Shown: positions 14,731 through 26,994 of the stretch, in pieces | Layout: each line of letters opens with the position of its first letter | Position numbering within the stretch: the stretch's first letter is position 1 | Assembly: GCA_040357565.1 (NCBI GenBank) | Contig: JBDODJ010000063.1 | Direction: 5' to 3' (one strand) | Source of the DNA: Cercozoa sp. M6MM | Taxonomy: Eukaryota > Protista > Endomyxa: Ascetosporea | Length of the DNA: 63,879 bases | Program-made: the position numbers and the translations under genes | Notes under the pieces: model-generated | Told to the model about the DNA's origin: nothing | Database searches by the model: none | What the model saw: the letters and a program-made list of their open reading frames with translations, nothing else

Positions 14731-14945
14731 ATGCCTAGCAGACTTAGAACTCGTTAAAATGTATATTTCATCACGATCAAGTGTGTTTGCGCACGAAAAA
14801 GACATCCGGAAAAGCGCCTTTTGCAGTTTTCCTGTATTCTCCAAAGCAAAAACGGTCATTTCTACTTTAGGAGCTTTGGTGTGCTTTTGTGAGTACTCAG
14901 AGGGTTTATCTGCACGAGAACTGAGAGAGCAGTCAGGGGACACTG

Positions 14946-17116
14946 ATGATATTGCGTGTGGCTCTTGCCTTGCTGATCGCACCGATCCGAGCAAGTCGAT
15001 TTGGCTTGTACCATCAAAACGACGGTTCGACAGTTCGCGTGGTTTTCACAGATCGTAGTGGCTTCGTCAGTCTTGGTCGCAGAAGACTTGTTGATGGTAC
15101 AGCGTGCAAGTAGTGATTGGCATTCTAGCATACTGTATCTGTTGTTCGTTGCAAGTAGATGACGGTGCTCGACTGCCGGCGTTGGCCAGCGACAGACGAT
15201 TAAAGTGCTCGTCACTCGACAACGCGGAATGTGCAGTGCTCACGCAGCCTCCGATGCCGTTCAGACCGTCGAAACCTGTGGCGTCTGGAATTTACCACAC
15301 GAGGAACAACGCCACTACAGCTGCTCGAGCACGTGCTCGTGAAGAGACTGAGATTTCTACGTCGGCATCCATTCAACGAGCCGACATGAGGGAGCTTTTG
15401 AAACGACTTGGTGCGTTTACACAATCAGTTTCCACCTGTGTTTTAAGGGACAAATGATTTAAACTTAGGTGTCGATCCAGAGACCACAGCTGATCACTCA
15501 CAGTATGATTGCAAGGCTTCTCCTTTCTTTTCAGAACTCAGGATGTGTATGTACTTTTTAGGAAAATAGCCACAGTGCGAGAAGCACTTCGAGGTCAGAA
15601 AAATGCGCATCAAGATGCGCTGGACATTTTTTTGAAGCAAAAAGTGCCAACGATGCGACTGCCGACGGAATTGCAGGTGCCACCGACCATCTCGTACGTC
15701 GATGCAGACTTTAGCGAAATCAACGATGTTTACGTCTTCCGTGTCACTGCGACCAGTGCGCGCAAAGTTCTTGTACGTTTCCGATTGTGCTTAGCAGAAC
15801 TGTTTCTTTTATAATATCACAGGAAAGAATTACTCGGGGTCAAGACCCAGTCACGGTTGTGCCAACTGACGCGGACTATGATCGACGTCTTTTACAAGGG
15901 AGTTCGGCCGTGTACAATCCACTTGATTTCACTTCAGGTACACAGCACCATTTTATTTCCTAGTCGCTGTCGAATCTACTGTGCAATGTACTGTACCGTT
16001 CTTGAGGATAGACGTGACACAAGTGCTGGACGGGATGCACGAGTTGATGTGGCGCAACTGGCTGTTCCAACTCCAGCGCTTCATCAAGTTGTTCAAACTG
16101 CCGATTATCACGAGACGGACGTCTCTATCGCCAACACCACGTATGCGAGGCATCATGGTCGACAGTGACATGTTCGACCTGCAAGCAAATACGCTGGCAG
16201 CTGCTTCTTCCTTGGCAAGACATATCGCTCTCTATGTACAGCTGTCACTTTCAAATCACTGCTCGAATCTTTGTTTTGAGAGATGTACATTATTTTGTAG
16301 GCAAAGACAGTGTACTTGGAGTTTTTAATTGACTGGGCGCGCAATCGAAACCTGCCAAAGGCTACTTTGGACGTTCTATCAATGATGGAACTTGATGGTA
16401 AAACAGTTTTGTGTGTCGTCACTTCAGTGAGTTTAGTTGTTTCGCGCAGAGGTTCCATATCTTGTCGATCTGGACTGGGCTTCAGTTCCAGACAGCATCA
16501 AGCATCTAAACTGGTGAGCATGGCTGTGCTATCCTCGGCTGATAAAAATGACATCTTGCTGTCTGCGCAGGTTGCGCTATCTGCCAGTCGAGATCTTTGG
16601 CACCTACGCCGGCGATGCCATTCGTGACTGGCGCAATCTGGGTCTGTCTTATCCGACCGACGAGAATGAGCATGAACATATGCTGGTGACCAAATTGCGA
16701 GCCTGGTTGACTGCACAGGTACAATTTACCTTTTCTGCACTACCTTCAGGCGAAATAGAAATGGAGTCCTTTGTTTTTACAGTGGAAACTCGTGGAGTAC
16801 GCGCAGGCTGGCCAAGCTGCCGAACCGCATGGCATATTTTACCTCTATCGTCACTGTAAAGCATGATTTATGAATCATTTTAGGCGTGGTGGGTGCGGCA
16901 GTTGCGTCAGAAAAGAGCGAGTTCGCACTGTCGCTGCAGCGGCCGCTCAACGAGCTGAACGATAATGTGCAGACCGAGTGGCGCGCACAAGCCGTCATCA
17001 AGGAAACTGCCCCTGATCAGACGGAAGCAAGTTCAAAAACCTTCAATCACAGACAACAGCAAGCACTTGACGAACTTCAGCAAATGTTGGCGACACTCGA
17101 GGACATGCTCGAATAA
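14946..17116 (+). CDS. hypothetical protein with predicted signal peptide and a possible SAM-like segment
   Basis: N-terminus MILRVALALLIAPIRAS. Multi-exon. LIDWARNRNLPKATLDVLSMMELD resembles a SAM helix pattern. TAA at 17116. Confidence 0.5.
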
Positions 17117-17235
17117 AATACGACGACGAGATTCGATTTTTTAAGCTTTTTTCAATCCGACTTCACGCCAGCTTAACTTAGAGCGGGAAAGTGTATGAAC
17201 ACCACATAAAAGTGTAACTCTGTGTGTTCGAGTGC

Positions 17236-18376
17236 ATGGGTTCACGTGTCGTGTTGCTGACGTCGCCCAGTGCGAAGTTTCGCACAGTTTTGGAACAAGA
17301 GGACTTTGTGGTGCAATTCGTGGCGCCTCTCAAGTTTGTCGCGCATGGCAACTTCAAGGAACTTACCTTGCGACCGAACACACTTGGAATCGTTTTGTTT
17401 ACGTCAAAGCGCGCAGTGGAGCATTTTTTGCGCGACTGGAGGCCAGAGCAGACTGCCGGAAGGAGTCCGCACAGGATTCTTGCGTTTTGTGCCGGCGAGG
17501 CGACGGCAGACTTGGCGAAAACACTGTCTGGTGCGTTGAATTGAACTTAATTAGCTGAAAAAAGAACATTTTGCATGTAGAGAGCAGAAACGACATAGAA
17601 CTTGAAACAATCGTCCCTGAGTTTAATGGTATGTGTCTTCCGTGCGGATTGTTTGTACACAATTGTAACTTGTCTAGAGGACGAATCAAGGGGAGCACAG
17701 GTCGCGCGTGCTGCAATCGAGCACATAAGAACGTGCGATGTGTCGTCTGGAATTTACTACCTCTGTGGCACTCAGTACTGCTTGCGACTTTCGACATGTC
17801 GTTTCTGATCTTAGTTTGCTTTCGTTCCTTGCAGAAGATTGCCGGATGTCGAAAGAGTGTTTGCCGAAAATAACGTCAGTTTGACAGTGATTCCTTGCTA
17901 CGAAACACTTGTTAACTTTGGTAAAACCTTCCATATTTGTGAAGAGAGCTGTGCACATTAAACGATAATCAGATGAAGCGAGACAAGTGATTTGGCACGA
18001 TTCAAACGAAGCTCAGCTTCTTGTTTTCTTTTCTCCGAGAGGTTTGTTTTCGTATAGCTTGTTTCTTTTAAAGTGATGAATGCTAATGTTGCAGTGCTGG
18101 ACACGTTTGTGAAAGAAGCGACGAACAGCAACGCACCGTGTGAACGCGTGCATCTGGTCCCGATCGGAGTGACCACGCGGCGACGTTTGTTGCATCACGT
18201 TGCTCAATTGCACGATTCAACTGTACCTCTTCTCGCTTTCTTCTATATGCGTTGACCAAGTAGTTTTCCTATGGCAGCTCAAGATGAAGCTGCGAGAAGC
18301 CTACGAACGAGGCTGCCCGTCGACTCCAGCACCCGCTGACTTAAGCGGTTTCTTAAAGGCTTCGCACTTCGGTTAA
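17236..18376 (+). CDS. hemD: uroporphyrinogen-III synthase (HemD/UROS family)
   Basis: VVLLTSP, IVLFTSKRAVEHF, FCAGEATA, IYYLCG, VIPCYET, VPIGVTT and C-terminal PSTPAPADL follow the order of HemD motifs. Confidence 0.8.
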
Positions 18377-18619
18377 CTATAGCCAGCAATACGATACGTT
18401 CTGGCATTTGATCATGGGTGTTGACCGATCGAGTGTCCACGCCACGCGACTCGCTTCGCTTATACGATATAAATTATATTTAAGTAAACTTAATCTTTAA
18501 TTTCAGTTCAGTTACCCACTTATTGTACCGGTACGCGACGTAGTACTGTACTACGTATACGGTACGCCAGCGCAGACTGGTGCATGGGAACTACCGTACA
18601 CACTAGCCAACCGTAACTA

Positions 18620-18811
18620 ATGTGAGCTGGAGTCACATCGCATCAAAATGGCCGCCAGCCCAATAACAATTGCTCTCAAGTCACATCAATCTGACGGATT
18701 TTCACATAATGTGACATTGAAACTATGAAATGCATGGAACCAACGATACGATGGCTCTCAGTGCACATAAAAGTGCTGTAAGTTCGCATCGAATGTGACC
18801 TCAGCTCACAT
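18620..18811. mobile_element. MITE-like element with 19-bp terminal inverted repeats
   Basis: ATGTGAGCTGGAGTCACAT / ATGTGACCTCAGCTCACAT (17 of 19 inverted match), plus several internal TCACAT/ATGTGA motifs. No clear TSD; a G9 run abuts the right end. Confidence 0.65.
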
Positions 18812-18849
18812 GGGGGGGGGTTAGTTGACCTCAGTTCACGCACGCCGCG

Positions 18850-20330
18850 CTACCCAACGGCCCTGCGCAGGCCACTCAACTGGCAGTGCCAGATTGTCAG
18901 TGAGTGACAGTGCACGCTTGCAACTTGCTGTGCTGCTGCCACATAGATTTTCGAAACGACGAGCGCAACTGGAATACCCGTGCAATTTCCTCGTCCGAAA
19001 TCATCAGCTGCACGTATTGACAAACATGTCCAAACACCAAACACCAGCACGAACTTCCCAAAGAGTGAACATCAGAAATGAATACCACAGTTGCGGTATC
19101 CGCGTGTTTAACTACGGCGTGAAAATAGCAGGTTCTGTGAATCGAAACATATGTACAGTGAATGGCATCGAGTACACTGCCCACGAAGAAGTCGCCGTGC
19201 TTTTGTTTTCAAGTTGTCGAAATCGACACCGAAAAGCCAGTCAAATAATTCGCAAACAACGTCGATGTTGACGTTGTAGAGCGGAGACGTTGGTGTGCTC
19301 ATCCAGACGACAAAGTCACGTGCCGTGTTGTTCAAATGCTAATCCGAAGTATGACAGCAAAATCAAGCATTCGAGCCAACCGTATTGTACCACTTGACAA
19401 TAGAGATCAGACGCAGACCACTCTTTGGCGTCTTGAGTGACAGCACACAACACACAGAAGCGATTGACAGCATCGAACACAGCAGTGTCTGAATCGCACA
19501 TGGCAAAGCCCAGTTGGCCTGGTTGTTGTGTCACTCCTTTCCGAATGGCACTAGAACTTGCAACGAAGCCGCGCGACTTCAAGCTACAGGTGTGGGTTGT
19601 GTCTAAAATTTAACGGGTCCTGTGTTCCAAAACTGCAGCTTACATGGAAGGTAACGTTCTTGCCAAACCCACTGGCGAGACAAAATTCATGCCCTGGCAC
19701 AGAACATAAAACAACATAAGCAAGGCAAATTTTTGAGTCAAAGAACACACTTCGAGGTTCGTCGAGTCATCAAAACGAGTCAAATTTTTGAATGCAAAAA
19801 ACGGAGGTTGCAGTCGGTGGCAGAGGTCTCTGTGATAATTCAACAGTGACAATGTACAAGATAACCAACTGTTCAGAGGATATACCAGAACATACCTTGC
19901 GGAGTCTAGTTCGCAGTGTGCATTTCGACTGTACTCAACGTATCGATTAGTTTCCGCGAAACGAAGCCAGCAGCTGTGGCAGTGTCGATTGGCCGGATGA
20001 ACCAGCGCAAGACCACGTCGAATGTCATCGAGTGCGAGGTAGTGTCGCATCACGTCGAGCGCAGTCATCAGCACAATCAGCCATTCCGTTACCTTCGTAA
20101 TCGGCCTAAAATACCTCTCGTAGGGCGCCTCTCTCAGCGCTGTGAACACGCGATGCCAGTCCTTGGCAGACGGGGCAACTGGCAGTGTGTGCAACACATC
20201 TTTTAGCACTCGTTCTAGCATGGGCATATTCCAGCGTGACTACAACCCAAGTCGTTTGAGCGAGACTAATAGACAAGTCGGAAGAGAGAGTGTGTATACC
20301 CTGTAGAGGCCGAGATCCCATTCATGAGGC
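18850..20330 (-). CDS. hypothetical multi-exon protein
   Basis: Long exon within ORF 19640-20227 (PMLERVLKDVLHTLP...RYFRPITKV) and minus-strand GT-AG introns. No family recognised. Confidence 0.45.
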
Positions 20331-20419
20331 TTTTTCTATGCATCAATGAGTAGAATACCAACGAAACAAGAATCAACCCACTGTCTTGTTTACAATAGTT
20401 TTACTGGCACATTACGACG

Positions 20420-21830
20420 GTAAAGAAATTCTCGCGCGAGGTGAGCGATAAGAGTCCGATAAGTCTCAGAGTCGAAGCGATTCCTGCTAGAATTTGGCTA
20501 AATGTTATCCGTCAAAAGCAAGGATAGAAACACAGTGTTTTACAATATCCGCGCGGACCGAGAGGAAACAACAGTTTCCAAAATGTCGTCGTGAGTCTTC
20601 AAGACCTTCACGTCCTGTAGTTCAAGATGACTCCGGAAGGCAAAACACTATTCACATACACACCAATTCACAGCAAGACTGAAACGACGAAAGCAGAGTG
20701 AAAAATTTTTAACCTGATCTTGTTCTTCTTGAAGCAAACTTTGGTGAGCTAGCACGTGCCTCTCCTCGACGCTTGAGTCGTACAAAAGCGTGTTGTATTG
20801 CCATTTGTAATGCGAGAGAGTCATGACTGCTTGAAAATGCAATTCGATCGCTTGCTTTCGCATTCTTTCGCCCTGATCCGTCGCCTTTTCAAATAAACAC
20901 TACATTCCACAAAAGCAATTGATAAAATTCAGCTTTACTTGATGTGAAATGTCGGAATCAGTTTGAAATCGAACGATCAAACCATTAAACAACTGCGCAC
21001 GTTCAGAGGAGTCGTTCAAGGCAGCCGAAGCGTTTGAAAGCAGGCGACAAGTGCGAACTCGCGGATCCAACTCGAGCGAAGTACTCAGCTCGTGCGGAGT
21101 TGCATCTTGTCGCTGCAGTGTGCGCAGAAACTGGCGAACATGCCGAGTGTCTTGGACCCAAGCTGCAGTTGGATCGAACACATCTTTGGCCTGCAACGCT
21201 TGCAGCACCGTGAGCAAGCGTTCGCAGTGATCCGGGGTCGCACGCAATCTGCGCAAGGCGCACCGTACACAAATGATAGGCCAAGAATTGATGGTACTTT
21301 TTGGAAACACAGTTCTTAGCAATGATTCGGACATGAAGTCGCGGAATTCTTAGTGTTCTACAGAAGAAAAACATCGTTTGGAATGATTCGTATGAAGACA
21401 CTCCCAAAGAAAAGTACCTCGCAACAAGAGACTCAATGATGGTGTAGACTTCCGTGTCATTGAGCGACGAACTGGCATCACTGCAGACTCGATGCAGCAC
21501 AGCGATACACAGTTGAAGCAATAGAGCAAACGTTTCCTCGTTCAAAGTGTCTGCGGAACTCTCTTTCTCTTCAACAATAGTGTGAAGCTCCTTCAACAAT
21601 CTCCTCGACAATGAGCCACTTCTTGAGCACCGAACTCTCGCTTTTAGCTGCGGGAAAAGCTCAGCACACTTACAGACTACCGCTCTCCTATAAGAAGAAA
21701 GAGGCAGTCTACGCTTTTAAAGTGTGGGACAGATTGAAACCAAATGCTACAGCTCGGCCGCAAAACACTGGGTCGCCTCAATCTCTTTGCACAAACTCGC
21801 TAACCAATCCATTCTAGCCGCTACAATAGC
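20420..21830 (-). CDS. hypothetical helical protein
   Basis: Overlapping minus-strand ORFs 21003-21611 and 20900-21334 plus a downstream exon near 20700-20890. Limits uncertain. Confidence 0.4.
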
Positions 21831-22002
21831 TTCCTTATGTGTAATAGCAACACTCGTTCGTTTGGCGACGGCTAGCACTCTAAGTACTGTACCCGAGGTT
21901 TTAAATTTCCTTCTTTCAATTCAAAGCCTGAAGTCCGAGAGTGCAATATGCGACGGGCAAGAGGAGTGAAGTAGCATTAAGCCAGAATGCAAAGCAGTCA
22001 CG

Positions 22003-23584
22003 ATGAGGTTGACGTGGCTTTCATGTCTGTTAACGTTGACACTTGGTCGGCTCGACTGTGTTCCAGTGCTTTCGGGTTCGAACTTTACCTAAACTTATAT
22101 CTTGGGCAGGTCGAGTGGCTGTAACACCTCCGGCACCCTCCTTTCGTCCTGTTTTGAACGGCACAGGGGCCAATCTGCTTCTTAATTTTAGTGCAGAGAA
22201 CGAAAAACCCCCATGGTTTCAAATCACAGTTCCAAACATCTTTGTTTTTCCTCCGAGTGTTTCCCTGAGAGCACTTCAGCGCATCGATGTCGTGAATGGT
22301 GGGGGTGTACCTTTCCAAGCCGACACTAACTCCAACCTTGCTCTGTGTTTTCGAGATGAAGCCGAGTTTCGCTCGGTATTTCCATCTTTCAGATCTTCAC
22401 CGCACACTCCCATATTGTTACTTCATCTTGCAGTGGCTGGTGTCTCAAAACACCAGCACCGGCTTGCTGCTGCCGCCGCCCTGCTCCGCTTTCGTGTCAG
22501 CACAGCTTTCTTTTGGAGGTACAGTTGTGGTAAATGACTTAGCATGCCAATGTACCGGGACGGCATTTTGGGTTCAGACCTGGCACAAACGAGCGACTTG
22601 CGACTCGATACTCGCGTCATACTCAAGTATCCTGTTCCGTCTGGCAAGTAGTTTACAATGCTTACAGTTGTTTGAATTTAGTCTCACACTAGCCACTTTA
22701 ACGGGGATTGGCGAGAACACAACAAACTTAACTATCACGACGCGGCTCTCTCCTTCAATCCTGCTGTCGTCACTTACTTGCCGTATGTATCATCGATGCT
22801 TTCGTTATCACATGATGATGAGTGGCTTTGAATCTGTTGCAGCGAACAACTGCAATAACAGGGGTTTGTGTCATGCTAACAGCGACGACACAAGTCAACT
22901 CTCAACTGTGGCTGCTGCTGCACAAAATGTGTTCTTGGTTCTGTTCAAAACGAGAGGTGGCTTGCTAAACTAAACTTACGATCTATTTGTCTGTAGTCAA
23001 TGTCGCAATGTCAAGTGCAAGCAAGGTCAAATATGGTGCCTTCCAACTGCTCTTCTACACGAGGATTCTGCGCGTGCCATGTTGACTACGTTGGTCATTC
23101 GAGACTTGTTCTAAATTAAGGCACGCTTGCGATTTTTACCTTGTGCATCGCAGGCAATAGCTGCGAAACCTGGGTGGGAGCACTCGACAGATCAAACGCG
23201 GTGGATTCGTTGGTGAGAGGTGGTGCTTCTGCACCGAGGTATTTTAGCAATAATAAAAGCGGAGAAAATGGTTCCAGTACCATTCTCTGTTATTGTGACA
23301 CGGCAGGTCGACTTTAATTGCGAGAGTATCTACTCGAACGCCATCGGAGCTTGCTCTTGTGTGCTTTTCGTTTGGAGGTACAGTAGAGTTAGACAGCATG
23401 TACGTGCACATACTGGCGGTGTTAGTTTTCGTTAATATAAGTTATTTACAGGCGTGTGTGTCGATGACACCGACGTTGTCGTGCAACTGACGGTATCTAC
23501 AGTGTTGCCCTTGTTGGATGCATTGACGCAAACGCTCCGTCGCTTCGTTAATCAAAGTGTTGCCCTCAACACGGTAAACCTGCG

Positions 23585-23636
<52 letters not shown>

Positions 23637-24408
23637 ACTGCATAGATGTACACACTTGTATACATACCTTAGCTGGACAAGTCGGGTTTGAATCTGCACC
23701 CTTTGTGGACACAAGCAACGATCAGAAAGTGGTCGTATTGGACAGTCCGCGCGGAAGCTCGAAGTGGTGTGACTGCAATCGTTTTTGTTTTTCGCGCGGA
23801 GGCTTTCTTGGCGTCAGACGTGCGGTCGCAGCGCCTGTTGCAAAACCAAACGGACTCTGTCCCAGCGAGGAATGCCACAAATTCGGAGAAATCGACGCTG
23901 CTGCAAGTGGCCACGGAAACCTTCAAAATAGCGCTCGAAGATGCAGATTTCTTGAAGGATGCCGGTTGGATCTCTCTGCAAGGAAGCATTGTAGGTACTG
24001 ATTTTTCGTGCTTGAGTGCTCGAGGAAAACAACCTGTTCATATTCAAGCAGTTACGAACACTGAAGTTCGCACGGGATTTGAGCAACGCCGGTTGGCCTT
24101 TCCGCCGATGCCGCCTCCTTCAGGTACATGTAAATTAACTGTGTAATTTAGAAGCCGTAAACTACTCCGATACGAATACAGTAAACCCCGCGACCAATCC
24201 TGACACTGCGTCGGACAAAACAGTGCTTTATGTCGTGCTGTTTACTGTGTTCCTGCTGTTGTTGTGTCTGGCGCTTCTTGTCGTCGCTCGGGTTTCGAAG
24301 AAAAGAAGAGAAGCGGCGTTTGCGAGTGAGAGCACAGAAGAGACGAGTAGTGAAATGAGATCTGAGACCGAGAGCGGCAACGCGCGGCTCAATCCGGAGA
24401 AACCATGA
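22003..24408 (+). CDS. hypothetical type I membrane protein
   Basis: Signal peptide MRLTWLSCLLTLTLG, Cys-containing exons, and a C-terminal TM helix VLYVVLFTVFLLLLCLALLVVA followed by KKRR. (CT)n lies in an intron at 23589-23635. Confidence 0.6.
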
Positions 24409-24777
24409 AAGATGAATCTCAGGTGCGATACAACCGAACGTCGCGTTCTTGAGAAGCGAAGACTGAAGTAACCAAGTAACTACGCTAACGTAACGTACCT
24501 AAAACTGAACTACCATCTCATCATTGTCGTAGCATGCTGCCAACAGCAAGCTGGAGTACTAAAGCAGCCACTCAGAATCACACCTGCGCGAAAAAAACGG
24601 GATGCCGTTCATCAACACCATAAAAAGTTACTCGGATTCAGGCAGCACCCGACCATCATACAAATGACAGCTACAATTGCAAGAACGTCAAAACTATAAA
24701 CTGCAACTGACAACTGGTTATCTTTTGCTGGTCCTTATATCACAAAAGAGGCTGTCGTAGAGAGATCGATCGGAGGC

Positions 24778-25881
24778 TTAGGCCGACGTCTTCTTCTCGA
24801 GCTTGGCAATGGCGTGCTTGCTCTTGACGCCGAGCTCGCCGCCCGTCCACTTGCGGAACGTGGCGTCCTTGAACTGAGCGTTGAACGACTCGAGCAGCAT
24901 GCCGAGCGTGTGCTCGTCCTCCTTGGCGACCTCGGTGAGGGCCAGGGCGGCGCACTGCTTCATGTGCACGAACTTGCCGAGGCGCGACTTGCCCTTGACG
25001 ATAACGTACGGCACGTCCATCTTCTTGCACAGAGTCGGCAGCCAGCACACGAGCTCGATCGGGTCGACGTCGTGAGCAATCACCACGAGCTTGGCCTTCT
25101 TCTCCTCGACGAGCGTCGTGACGTGCTTGAGGCCGAACTTGAGGTGCACCGGCTTGGCACCCGGGGCGGCACCCTCCTTGGCCTGCGCGTACAGACGCTG
25201 CTTCTTCTCCTGACGCGTCTCCGGAACGTACTTCTTGAGCAGGTTGAACAGAGTCACGGCCTGGTTCTTGGCGATGGCCTGCGAGAACTGACCGACGGCC
25301 GGCGGCACCTTGAAGCGCTTCAGCAGCACGGCCTTCTGGCGCTGCGTACGGACGTACTTCGGCCAGCGGACTGCAACAAGCAACAGCACATAAGACACAC
25401 CAAAGTTATGTCAACACCATGTCAACACCAAGAGGGTCACAACGCACCGAGACGCGACATGTCGCGGCGCACCGTGCGCGTCTTGCCGAGGGCAGACACG
25501 TTCTTGGCCTCAGCCTTGAACAGGTGCGAGTGCTTCGACTGGAACGTCGCGGCCTTCTTGGCGTTCTTGGGAGCCTATGGACGGGCACAACACAACACAG
25601 GATATAGTGCTCGGGACACGGACTATCATTGGAAGTCATCAAGACAACGACGGGACAGCAAAGAAAATCGCTGCCCACGCCATTCCCTCGTTCCTAAGTC
25701 GCTAAGCCGCAGCCAGGGCACGGCCCGGTCAGCCGGCATTCCCACATGGATATTGCCGCGCATGGGCTCACCAGGGGCACGGCCGCGGCCTCGCTCCCTC
25801 GAAGCGCGGAAATTCGCTTCATTGCGCGACACAAGGACTCGCTAGCGACAACGCGCTGCACGAACAAGTGGAGCTCACCAT
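24778..25881 (-). CDS. RPL7A: 60S ribosomal protein L7a (eL8)
   Basis: ATG|GTGAGC micro-exon at 25879-25881, then APKNAKK..., VRWPKYVRTQRQK, LKFGLKHVTTLVE and VIAHDVDPIELV. Confidence 0.98.
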
Positions 25882-26033
25882 TTTGGACAAGGACAAACAA
25901 AAAAGTTGTGTTATCTTTGCTGAATTTTTGAGTTTTCCCGGCGCTCATTGGTTAATTAAGGGTGCGGCACACTTCGCGGCCAGCAAGCTGTCACTGTTAA
26001 ACTCGGAAACACACTTATTTGGAATGAATTAGT

Positions 26034-26843
26034 ATGAGTGTGCCGTATAGTGTGCTACCGATTGAGCTGTCAAACGTCAGCGACGAAGATGTTCAAAATC
26101 TGCACTTGGCTTGTGAGGTATTCTTGTGTTTCGGCGCCAATCGAAGGAGTACGAGAGTCTGTAGTCAGAATATGGCGGTGAGGACGGCGAGGATGCCAAG
26201 ATACGGCAGCACCACATCTTTTGGGCGGAAAAGTAAGCCTGCTTGTCTTTAAATACGTGCGAGGGGTGATGAAGGTCTGTTTGCCCAGGTCAATCACGTC
26301 TTCCTTGACCAACATTGGCGAGAACTTTGGTCCCAAGCGCTTTTTCGTCGCCGTTAGAAATGAAGGTTGAGATTTGCTCTAACTTTTGGCGGAGTATTTG
26401 TGACTATTTTGCTTGAACTGCAGGTGCTTTGATGGGTTGCTTGGGGATTAAGCAAGGCCGCCTGTGTCACCTGAACGTACACCCCGACTTTCGCAGGTCC
26501 GCTAACTTTCGGTTTGTGCAAATGGCGCTTAGTTTTTTTTTTTAAGTAGGGAAGGAGTGGCTTCGGCGCTTTTGGAGCGAGTCCGCGCGGAAGTGACAAG
26601 TGACCCAGCGGAAACGCTGAAGTCGATCACGGTCTCATGTATGCAGCATATGGAGCCCGCTATTGCTTTCTACGAGCGCAGTGAGTTTTCTTCCGGAAGA
26701 GTACTTGTGTTTGGCAACAAGGATGTAAATTATGCTTGTCTGCAGATGGGTTCAAACGGACAAGGACAGCGAACTACAGAAACAAGCGGCTGAAGTTGTC
26801 TCTCGTGACAGTTTACTTCCAGTTGGACCTGCGGTCCGATTAG
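26034..26843 (+). CDS. GNAT-family N-acetyltransferase
   Basis: Spliced reading gives LNVHPDFRREGVASALLE (motif A) and AIAFYERNGF (motif B). TAG at 26843. Confidence 0.85.
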
Positions 26844-26994
26844 CTTTGGAAGCTTGGTGCATACGTCGTTGACAGTGAATAAGAAGTGCTTGTCCTCAAG
26901 TCCTGGAACATTAGTCCAGAGTCACGACACGACTGTTAAAAAAAAACTGACAATTTCTTTGCGTTGCTAAACCCGCGCTAACGGCTACATAAGC

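Noticed and set aside
24500-24760. C/D snoRNAs downstream of RPL7A
   Set aside because: TGATGA-like and CTGA motifs are present, but their spacing and guide complementarity are unconvincing without this organism's rRNA.
24814-25845. 343-aa plus-strand ORF opposite RPL7A, and similar antisense ORFs elsewhere
   Set aside because: Shadow ORFs caused by strong codon bias in the real gene.
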